From the NCBI GenBank assembly GCA_002633005.1, contig NMRA01000253.1, positions 73,251 through 137,250 on the forward strand: DNA of 64,000 nt, in the 5' to 3' direction. Each line of letters begins with the position of its first letter. Positions within the stretch are counted from its first letter, which is position 1. A model generated the notes under the pieces. That model saw only the letters and a list, made by a program, of their open reading frames with translations, was not told the DNA's origin and did no database searches. Both the position numbers and the translations under genes were made by a program. This DNA is from Phoronis australis (lineage: Eukaryota; Animalia; Phoronida). This document shows, one piece after another, positions 49,388 to 59,976 of this stretch.

Positions 49388-52300
49388 TACCATACCCTTT
49401 ATCTTTCTAACGTTTGCTTATAGTGATCGACAATCTTTTCTGCCTGGTTATCCGGCAACGCACGGAGGTAGAGGGTAGAGTAGGTGAGGGCGAAGCCCTC
49501 GGACTGCTTCGCAAGATCGGTGGATCTCGCCTTCTGTCAACGCACGGAGGTAGCTGCGGCCAGGGCCAATTTTCAGTGCCAAAATATTAAACTCTATTTG
49601 GAGGCCAGGCTTGGGGATCATTTTTTATTAAGGTGTTGCAAGTTCAGATATTGGCTCAGCGAATATGTTTTGTTTTGTGAACATGTTGAGAATGAAAGAA
49701 GATCACTTGCTCGGCTGTAGCTTTAGCCGTCTTTATGATAGCGGGCTCTTGTTGTATATTTGCATTGCTGGGCAGTGACTGAGAAATTGGCTGGAATTTC
49801 AGATAGCCCGTAAACAAGCCAGATTTGCATCAGTTTAGTTTGTTAACAGCACTTTTTCGGCACATTATTGGAATCTGTAAGAAATTTTGCTTTCAGAAAC
49901 TAATGGTGGCATTTGTCGTGCATTGTCAGAGAAGTGGAGGTTTTGTAGATGAAAGTGCCAAGTTTGTTTTCCCTTTTTGTTAGCTTACTTTGCTTTTTAA
50001 TAGGAGTAAAATGACCAAAAATACAAGAGTCAATAAAAACTTTTGGGCGCAACGTAGGGCTCTTGATGTGAATTGACAGAAAACAAGTAATTTTTGGCAT
50101 ACCGTTCTTGGCAGTGTGAAGAAAACGTGACAAATCCATAGGTGTGTGCTTTGCTAGGCTAACCCTAGTGAGAACTGTTCTGTTACAACGGACCAGACAA
50201 CGGCCTTGATATTAGTCTTCTAAAATGGTGAAGGGCTGATAATAACTGATGAAATGCATGAAGAATTTGTCGATTTTTGTCCGTTTTATTCTTTTCACGT
50301 ATAAAAAGAGGTTGTACAGCAATGTGAATTACATAGCATTAAAAGTGAACCGTTTATTGAACCCTAGGCCAGTATAGTTATCTCAGTATTCGTGATGCTT
50401 TCATTATCGTTCCACAAGCCGACGATTTTTGCGTGTATTCATCAAACAAAAGGCAAGCTCTATATTTTCCTCGATAACCAAGTCCATCCATATTTTTCTG
50501 CAACACTTTGACCTGAGAAAAATCTGTGACCGATTCACTATTTAACACGGGCTGTGTCGGTCATTTCGTTTGCATAATGAGAGCAGTAAATGTAGAATCT
50601 AGCTTCAAGAAACTGGTTGTTTGACCGTATTCTTCCGTGCTAATGTGTTTAGAAATGATTTAGCCCAAAACGTTTACTTTTTCCAGTGAGGTAAATGTCT
50701 ATCTGATCATACTGAGCCATAAATGTTGATCATAAATCAATGGACGACAATCAACGGCAGAGAGATCAATCTCTACGATACGCGTGCATCGTTTACAAAA
50801 TTGCTGCTCACGACTACTGTGAGGGCTTGCTAATCAAGTACATGACAACATNNNNNNNNNNNNNNNNNNNNNNNNNNNNNNNNNNNNNNNNNNNNNNNNN
50901 NNNNNNNNNNNNNNNNNNNNNNNNNNNNNNNNNNNNNNNNNNNNNNNNNNNNNNNNNNNNNNNNNNNNNNNNNNNNNNNNNNNNNNNNNNNNNNNNNNNN
51001 NNNNNNNNNNNNNNNNNNNNNNNNNNNNNNNNNNNNNNNNNNNNNNNNNNNNNNNNNNNNNNNNNNNNNNNNNNNNNNNNNNNNNNNNNNNNNNNNNNNN
51101 NNNNNNNNNNNNNNNNNNNNNNNNNNNNNNNNNNNNNNNNNNNNNNNNNNNNNNNNNNNNNNNNNNNNNNNNNNNNNNNNNNNNNNNNNNNNNNNNNNNN
51201 NNNNNNNNNNNNNNNNNNNNNNNNNNNNNNNNNNNNNNNNNNNNNNNNNNNNNNNNNNNNNNNNNNNNNNNNNNNNNNNNNNNNNNNNNNNNNNNNNNNN
51301 NNNNNNNNNNNNNNNNNNNNNNNNNNNNNNNNNNNNNNNNNNNNNNNNNNNNNNTGGCGGGTTACATGTCTACGCTACGAGCGCTGAATCATGGCGGATC
51401 AAATCACTGCTACAATGTCAGCGATTTTGCAAGAACAAGCTGCCCCGCAGGAACAGTCGTGTACCTTAGGTTAACACTGATTGGAATAAATTTGGAACGA
51501 TTTAAAGGTATTTTACGAGCGTAATTGTACGGCGACACTTTCCCCTCAACGGCCTACCATACCCTTTTCTAACGTTTGCTTATAGTGATCGACAATCTTT
51601 TCTGCCTGCCTGGTTATCCGACAACGCACGGAGGTAGCTGCGGCCAGGGCCAATTTGCAGTGTCAAAATATTAAACTCTATTTATAGGACAGGCTTGGGG
51701 ATCAGTTTTTATTGAGGTGTTGCAAGTTCAGATCTTGGCTCAGCGAATGTGTTTTGTTTGCATTTGTGAACATGATGAGAATGAAAAAAGATCACTTGCT
51801 CTGTCATACACTGTAGCTTTAGCCGTCTTTATGATAGCGGGCCCTTGTTGAATTTCTGCATTGTTGGGTAGTGACTGAGAAATAGGCTGGGATTTCAGAT
51901 AGCCCGTAAACAAGCCAGATTTGCATTAGTTTAGTTTGTTAACAGTACTTTTTCGGCACATTATTGGAATCTGTAAGAAATTTTGCTTTCAGAAACTAAT
52001 GGTGGCATTTGTCGTGCATTGTCAGAGAAGTGGAGGTTTTGTGGATGAAAGTGCCAATTTTGTTTTCCCTTTTTGTTAGCTTACTTTGCTTTTTAATAGG
52101 AGTAAAAGGACCAAAAATACAAGAGTCGATAAAAACTTTTGGGCGCAACGTAGGGCTCTTGATGTGAATTGACAGAAAACAAGTAATTTTTGGCATACCG
52201 TTTTTGGCAGTGTGAAGAAAACGTGACAAATCCAGAGGTGTGTATTTTGCTAGGCTACATGTAACTCTAGTGAGAACTGTTCTGTTACAGCGGACCAGAC

Positions 52301-52910
52301 AACGGCCTTGATATTAGTTTTCTAAAATAGCGAGGGGCTGATAATCACTGATGAAATGCATGAAGAAATTGTCGATTTTTGTCCGTTTTATTCTTTTCAC
52401 GTATAAAAAGAGGTCGTACAGCAATGTGAATTACATAGCATTAAAAGTGAACCGTTTATTGAACCCTAGGCCAGTATAGTTATCTCAGTATTCGTGACGC
52501 TTTCATTATCGTTCCACAACCCGACGATTTTTTGTGTGTATTCATCCATATTTTTCAGCAACACTTTCCCCTGAGAAAAATCTGTGACCGATTCACTATT
52601 TAACACGGGCTGTGTCGGTCATTTCGTTTGCATAATGAGAGCAGTAAATGTAGAATCTAGCTTCAAGAAACTGGTTGTTTGACCGTATTCTTCCCTGTTA
52701 ATGTGTTTAGAAATGATTTAGCCCAAAACGTTCACTTTTTCCAGTGAGGTAAATGTCTTTCTGGTCATACTGAGCCATAAACGTTGATCATAAATCAATG
52801 GACGACAATAAATCACAGAGAGATCAATCTCTACGATACGCCTGCATCATTTACAAAATAGCTGCTCCCGACTACTGTGAGGGCTTGCTAATCAAGTAAA
52901 TGACAACATA
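49150..52910. repeat. ~1.6-kb near-identical duplication flanking the second gap (49150-50851 vs 51355-52910)
   Basis: Colinear high-identity alignment with a few indels. Could be a tandem duplication or uncollapsed haplotypes. Confidence 0.85.
50852..51354. other. Assembly gap (N run)
   Basis: Run of N. Confidence 1.
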
Positions 52911-53758
52911 AATAAAATAACGATTTTAATATCTAAAACGAACACCATGGATTCCTCGTTTAAAATTAAGTTACAATGTGTTTGGGTGAAACAATCCTCG
53001 TTCTAGCGGGTTCACATGTTTGTAGTATTTACAAATTTGAATCCGTGATGAATGTCAGCGTGGAATCCAATTACAGTGTACATATCTCGTAACGTACCCT
53101 GCAACATGGCGGCTATTTCTAATATGGTGGAAGAGTTGTTATTCACTCAAACCCGAAGAATGGATATTTCAACAATGTATTATACCTTGGGGAATTCTGA
53201 ATACTAGAAGAAAGTGATAACACTTGCAGACGTCTGGTACATTTTGTGAAATTCCCGAAAAGTACTTGTGTTGATACTGCAATCAATATTAATTTTCTCA
53301 CTTCATAAAAGCGATCACCGAATTCTTGAAATAATTAAAGATGGATGTTTCAATTTTCAATTGTTCAAGCCAGTATTAGAAAACTTTAAAATGAGTAACA
53401 AAGTAAAAATTTGCGTTAATTTGAATTTCATCGCTTGCAGTGCATTGCGTTTTTCTGGTTTAAAGAATTTCGTACCGTCGGGTAATGTAACTGAAATCAG
53501 TTAAATTGATAATGCTAGACTGCCATCTGAATACCATTAATGCGGCCAATTTGCTGGTAACTTTAGTGAGCAAAAAGATTATACATGATGACATGGTTGA
53601 TCTTAAATCATGTTTCAAATCGTCATATCCAGTCATTAAGTCATTCTTTATAAACAAATTTCTAAGGGACAAGTTAATTAATTAGACTGCCTGAAGTACC
53701 AAGACAACAGAATGTTTAATTTTTCCGGTAAATCGATTAGAAAGTTCAATATCATATG

Positions 53759-53807
53759 AAGTGAGCAGCTCTTTTGGTACTTGTGGGTAGCCCTTAAAAG
53801 GGCTGTT
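53759..53807 (-). terminator. Histone-type stem-loop + HDE
   Basis: Minus strand AACAGCCCTTTTAAGGGCTACCCA-caagtac-CAAAAGAGCTGCTCACTT, containing the canonical AAAGAGCTG HDE core. Confidence 0.85.
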
Positions 53808-53853
53808 GTTTTTATTGTGGACTTGAGGATTCCACAGAAGTCGTCAATCTGCC

Positions 53854-54117
53854 TTAACCAAACGCCTGTTGACGTAGATTAAGAAGCAGACTCTTTTGTT
53901 TCTCCTCATATTTGTGGAATGCGTTGCGAAGTCCGTGCGTTGTAACGATCCGCCGCTGCATTTGATCTTTACGAACTTGGTCACATCTCTTCACTGCCCT
54001 CAGGTAACGAATCCTCATATCATCCAACTCTCTGTCCAGGATTTGTACTTGTGTATGTGCGCGAAGACTTTTCTTGTGAGCTTGGTATATTTTGGCTTGG
54101 ATATCGGGTTCCGTCAT
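53854..54117 (-). CDS. Helical family protein, subtype A (87 aa), second copy
   Basis: Intact ORF, one amino acid different from 44411-44674. Confidence 0.78.
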   Translation of the reverse strand: MTEPDIQAKIYQAHKKSLRAHTQVQILDRELDDMRIRYLRAVKRCDQVRKDQMQRRIVTTHGLRNAFHKYEEKQKSLLLNLRQQAFG

Positions 54118-55639
54118 TTTACAACGAACGTGTACGTCACAAACGATGTCTTGATCAGTTGTTAGCCAACACTAGATGGCAAAGCTAAATGTATTATACG
54201 TTGAGATGGTGATACGTGACACATTGTGACTAGATTCAAAGAGGTGTGGAAGCCAGTTTGGCAGAGATTATGTTCAGTACTTATTACCAGTGGCAGTTTA
54301 ATCCGCATTACTGCCAGGGGCATATCTGGACCCAGCCCATTACTTAGAAGGCCATTGCGTAACAGCTAATGACAACTGGTCGATTGGTCTTTTCATGTAT
54401 ATGTAGTTAGGAAAAAAATACTTGATAATCGTAAATCTTAAAAGCAAGTTACCCTATTCAATAAGTGTTGTGAAACTTTCATTTTTTATTTCAAAAAGTG
54501 ACAGACAATTAAATGAAAAGTTTCTTTGATAATTACAGGCGTATTTCTTGACAATATTGTTCATGGACGTGTCAAACATCAAGTTGTTCGCATCCACATT
54601 TACTGAACGTCAGACGGTCACAAAGATTAACATTTTAAGAACCCAGACTACAAACGAAACTCTTTCAAGTATTAGCTCTCAATTACATTTCCATGTACAT
54701 GTCATGAACAAACACATGCTTTCTGTTAAGTATGTATATGTGGAGGATAAATCTAAATAACCTGCGACCTGTTACAGTACAATTAGGTGCCGAAATGAAT
54801 AAACAAAAACTGTATTGTCGGTGAATGTATTCGCACTAGTAATATGTCCAGCGATATTGCATAAATAGGTTTGAAGAACGTAAAAGACACACTCTGCCTT
54901 ATTTTACATGTTTTAAAAAACAAATAAAAGACTTAATTATTCGATTTACATCACTTAAATAACAATGGTTTATAAATAAAAGATATGTTTTTATTTATGC
55001 TATTTAAGGAGATTTCGTGAAAAAACGAAATTCAATAGCAGGAGCTCAAAAANAATATAGTGTAAGCAGGGTTTTTCTACGGTCACCTAAACTAACCTGG
55101 TTTCCTTACGCGTTGAATCACATTTTCACCAGTGTCGCTTTAAACTGTAGCAGTTGTGAGGACTTAAAACAGGCGCAAAATATATTCTACTGATGACTAA
55201 AAAGGCGGTAAATAAACATGCATTTTTGAATGTAGTCTCCATATAAATCTCTGTTCAGAACACAGTTCAGCATTACTTGGTCTCGTTGTCCATAATAAAA
55301 CAATGACAAAAACTCCATTTTCTAGAAAACCACCACCTACTATCTAGTTTGATTACATGTTAAAATTTTGTACATATCTGAATCAGGTGCGATCTGTTAT
55401 CTTTAAATGTTAAAGGAGTGCATGAATTATTATCTGTTTCCTTGAATAATAAACAAATAGATGAATTTGTTAATATCTGTAAACTACATGTTAAAGGGCT
55501 GTTACATTTTCAGTTTAAATATCTTGCTTTTCTTTTTCATTCTGGGGAAATGAAAAGTCGCCATGTGTCCTATCACTGCGCTGTTTTTTGTCATACGTGA
55601 GTCGACAGGTTCTGGGATCCATCACAAATATATGATATG

Positions 55640-55689
55640 AAGTGAACAATTCCTTTTAGAACATTTGGGTAGCCCTTAAAAGGGCTGTT
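55640..55689 (-). terminator. Histone-type stem-loop + HDE
   Basis: Minus strand AACAGCCCTTTTAAGGGCTACCCA-aatgttc-TAAAAGGAATTGTTCACTT. Confidence 0.8.
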
Positions 55690-55710
55690 TTTTATATATG
55701 TCTGAATTAC

Positions 55711-55991
55711 TCATTCAAACAAGCGATCTCCCAAACCCTTACGACGAAGAAGGGATAGAGACAGGTGGGCCTTTCGTTTACCGTAGTGGTAAAATATGTC
55801 GCGCAGCCATGCGTGATGATCATGCGCCGGTGAAGCTGTTCCCGGCGAACTGCATTTCCACTTCTCAGAGCCCTTTCGTAGCGTATGTCGGTATCTCGCA
55901 GCTCTCGATCCAATAATTCGGCTTGCTCTGCTTGTTTCAAGCATTTTGCCTGGGCGTTGTGCAGTTGCTCATCAAGCGTAGGATCCTCCAT
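55711..55991 (-). pseudogene. Helical family subtype C with a 1-bp deletion (pseudogene or sequencing error)
   Basis: 281 nt versus 282 nt in the paralogs. gcagccatg at 55803-55811 versus gcagcccatg in the 59695 copy shifts the frame after ITHG. Confidence 0.75.
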
Positions 55992-58900
55992 CGGGGCGAG
56001 AACGAACGTGAATGTGACCTCAAATGTTAGTAGACTGATTTTGAGTTCAGCGTTCTAATTCGCAGTTAGCCAAGCTGTGTTCAGTAGCACGTGACACCAT
56101 GACGTCCTGTGGTTTGGTGTTTTACCGAGGTCGGATTAACGGTTAATGGTGATGAACTGGATTACAATATTCTCAATTGTTGCGTTTCACACTAGGCTCA
56201 TTATCTGAGTGACTACAAGTGTGGAAGTCTTCTGTTGGCTTGGCGTGTTGTTGGGTAATTCAGTGTATATGAACTCCAAAACCACGATGACGATGCCTAG
56301 AATGAAACGTAATCGATAACCCTTCTATAGTATACATGTAAAACACGATTACACACAACTTCAAGACGACGATGTATTAATATTCAGTGTTTTGATTCTT
56401 TCCTTATTGCGTAAATCAATAAATATTAAGTATTACTATTTTTGATGAAAAAATATTTCTATATTTGAAAAAATCTTTCGTAAATTTTCAAAGAAACCGC
56501 AGCCGCCTTGTGTTTTGATAGGCACGTAATTGCTATTAAACGTTATTTCATTCAAACATCAATCCTGCATGTATCTTTCAGTAATTATGCATGTGTAACA
56601 TACATGTAGGTCTAGGTGTATAGACATGAGTCCAATTAAAATTGTTGCCAAAAGTTTTTGATATTGTCTTTACCAAAAATTACATATACTAGGAATTTCG
56701 TTATTGTTCCAGCCGTGGTGCTCAACTACATTTAAGCATGCGCAAGCTTTGGAATAACCTATACGGTCAAGGCCATCACATTTTTCTGCATTCTAATCCT
56801 ATGAACAAGCCCATCAAAGCGTTATTTGAATGAATATGAATGCAGGAAAAAGACAGAAATTCTACGTTTAACCAATTCACGTAACACAGTTGAAAAAACA
56901 GTAAAAGATTACAAAAAAAGATCTTTAATTTACAAGCTAGTGAACATCCGTTTTAATCAACAGATTATGATAGAGTATCCAAACTTTTACAGTAACGTGA
57001 CGCGCAGGACTTTAAATGATTATTTCTCAATATGTAAATTTAATTCAGTACATCAGCGTCAAATTTTAGGATAGTATTGCACCGCAAATAGTTACGTACT
57101 TAGTAATTAGCATTGAACATTTGACAGGAAAATACCAAAACAGAAATTAAAACATTTCGAACAGTGCTTCTTATTCTTGGTTGAGAAAGTTAGTACCCTC
57201 ATGATTCCTTACATACGTCTTCTTGTATCTTTGCGCCATTACAGGTTGTCGCCAAAAATAACGTTCATTAAACTTTTATTTTTAAAATAATTGAATGCGC
57301 TGCACAAATGAATTATTACGACGAGAAATTTGCTTATTCGGTTTTGTGTTTTCTAAAAAGTGTAACACCTAGGTAGGAATGTTTTTCAACAACAGTATAG
57401 TGTTGCACTGGTCTTTTGTCAAGAGGGTTAATGTAAATGGTCAGGAATGAAACATTGCAAGATTGCAAACTCCTTCAAACCACACAATAGCTGTGTCACG
57501 TGTGCGTACAGAATTCCAAAAGATTAAAATGAAACGTCGAAAAAATGAAGTGACATGTTCCACATATTAAAATGGGCGGAATAGATTTGTTGAAAAATTC
57601 GACACATGTTGAAGCAAAGCAGTAAACCATCCGCTTCAAAAGATTGAATTACTAAATTAAAACAATTGAACATGATTTTTTATTAAAAAATCAAATTTAA
57701 AACATTTTAGTTAGGTTTGAACATTGCTTCAAGACATCAAATTGCACTATGATCACATTTCCTAAGTTATAGTTATAAAAAATCACATACACTGTAGCAT
57801 TGCTTGAAGGAAATATTGATGGAACCTTTCTACAATTACTTCAGATGGATGGAGTTATTAAAATAAGTGTTCATCTGTGTCGTACACTGCATAGGATATT
57901 TTCAGTGAACAAAGTTAATTTTAGTGACCCAATAGAACGCTGAATGATGACGTCATTCTGTTGAAGCTTTAAACTTTAGAAATTCCAAGTAATATAATTA
58001 ATTCTGCCAACAACATTCCATGTGACCGATACATCGGTCACTTGCTTGTTTACAGTATTCTCCTCACGGTCTGACGCGCAATACAGCAGAGGAATACAAC
58101 GGATTAAAATCGCTCCCTTTAATGACACGACTTTTATCGCATGCCTGCCACTGAGATAATGAGAACTCTTAAGGAGCCCCAGTTCTGCGACGGACCATAA
58201 TCCATGTCGTTACTCCTCACCCATAATCCAACTGGGTCGTTCAACAAAAATTGTTATATTAATAACGGTAAATTAAACAAAGACCTTGTCGGAACCTGCT
58301 ATGATGCTACCGACAAATATGTGCACTCAACCAAACATATCCTTTTTGACCCCGCCATTCGTAGCCTTGCACAAATTGACCTATCGCCAGGATTTTGAGT
58401 GGCGGCTTAACTGACCAATTAGAGAGCACAATTCTTGACACACCTTCGTGTCCAAGCTGCCATTTTACAGTACAACAACACGTTAGCAGGTACAACATTT
58501 AGCCAGGGGGCGGAGCTTGCGATAGCTTAATTGACAGCTACATACGACACATCTTCACTGCTACACAAACTGGCATGAAATAATGAATATGCAACATACA
58601 AGTTACAGGTGTACACTGATGGAAGCTAGGGAAAACCAATACTTTAAATTTTAATTTTAAACTTTTTCCTTTGATAAACATAGTCTCAATTGTCCCTTAC
58701 TTCCTCGCATTCGCTTAGTGATCACAATCGGCTCTGCTTGGTTATCCAACCACGCACGGTACAGTTAGGCTGCGGCCGCTTCTAATTTGCAGTGGAAAAG
58801 TATTAAAATCTAGGGATAGGCCAAGCTTTGGGATCAGTTTTAGGTTGGTGTTGCAAGTACAGAAGTAGGCTCAGTGAACGTGATTTGTTTGTATTTGTGA

Positions 58901-59619
58901 ACATGTTGAATATGAGAAAAGACCACTTGCTCGACTGTGGCTGCACTTTCCTGTATGACTGTATCCCCCTGTTGCATTTCTACACTGCTGGGTAGCGAAT
59001 GAGAAACTGGCGGCGATTTAAGGCAGCCCTCAAACAAGCCAGATTTGAAAAAAATTAATTTCGTAACATTAGATTTTGACCACATTTTTGGAATCTGTAA
59101 GAAAGTTGCTTTCAGAAACTAATGGTGACTTAAGTCGTGCATCGGCAAGAAAGTGGTGGTCCTGGAAAGAAAAGTGCCGATTTTGTGATTTTTGTCACTT
59201 TTTGCTTGATATGCTTTTCAGTAAAAGTGAAATGGTGAAAATTATAAGACACGATCAGCGGCAGACGAGCAATCTCAAAATGCGCACGCGTTGTTTACCC
59301 ATGTTACTGTAGGTGCTTGCTACTTGGTGTTTGACAACCGGAATCGGACAACTTGGTGATTTCATTATCTAAAATTATCACGATAGGTTTAATGTTTCAA
59401 ATTAAAAATCACAATGTTGGGGTGCCTGAAGTGTTATATGTTTAATTGAATAATAAACAAATGCATAACTTTGTTAACATTTGTACAACACCTGTTTAAA
59501 GGGAGGCTACATTTTCATTTTACATATTTTATTCGGCGGAAATGAAAAGCCGCTATGTGTTTTATCCCTAAGCACGTTTTGTCATAAATATGTCGTCAGG
59601 TTTACGGATCCATCACTAA

Positions 59620-59669
59620 AAGTGAACAGTTCCTTTTGGAACATTTGGGTAGCCCTTAAAAGGGCTGTT
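59620..59669 (-). terminator. Histone-type stem-loop + HDE
   Basis: Minus strand AACAGCCCTTTTAAGGGCTACCCA-aatgttc-CAAAAGGAACTGTTCACTT. Confidence 0.8.
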
Positions 59670-59694
59670 TTGATCTGGTGCATGTCTGAAATTC

Positions 59695-59976
59695 TCATTC
59701 AAACAAGCGATCTCCTAAACCCTTGAGACGAAGAAGGGATAGAGACAGGTGGGCCTTCCGTTTACCGTAGTGGTAAAACATGTCGCGCAGCCCATGCGTG
59801 ATGATCATGCGCCGGTGAAGCTGTTCCCGGCGAACTGCATTTCCACTTCTCAGAGCCCTCTCGTAGCGTATGTCAGTATCTCGCAGCTCTCGATCCAATA
59901 ATTCGACTTGCTCTGCTGCTTTCAAGCATTTTGCCTGGGCGTTGTGCAGTTGCTCATCAAGCGTAGGATCCTCCAT
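59695..59976 (-). CDS. Helical family protein, subtype C (93 aa)
   Basis: The ATG at 59976 (MEDPTLDEQL) is homologous to the starts of the other copies. The longer track ORF to 60075 begins at a non-ATG codon in promoter sequence. Confidence 0.8.
   Translation of the reverse strand: MEDPTLDEQLHNAQAKCLKAAEQVELLDRELRDTDIRYERALRSGNAVRREQLHRRMIITHGLRDMFYHYGKRKAHLSLSLLRLKGLGDRLFE

Noticed and set aside
49900-50139. Repeated 77-79 aa ORF (also 51996-52229; similarly 45105/54548)
   Set aside because: Recurs only because of recent DNA duplication. Non-coding composition and no recognisable motifs.
55640-55689. The plus strand resembles a U7 snRNA gene (U7-like 5' end, ATTTGGGTAG, hairpin)
   Set aside because: The would-be Sm site is not conserved across copies (TACTTGTGGG, GAAGATATGGG). 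The hairpin is only 6 bp and matches the histone stem-loop with ACCCA on the opposite strand, always just after an ORF stop. It is better explained as the antisense of a U7 target.
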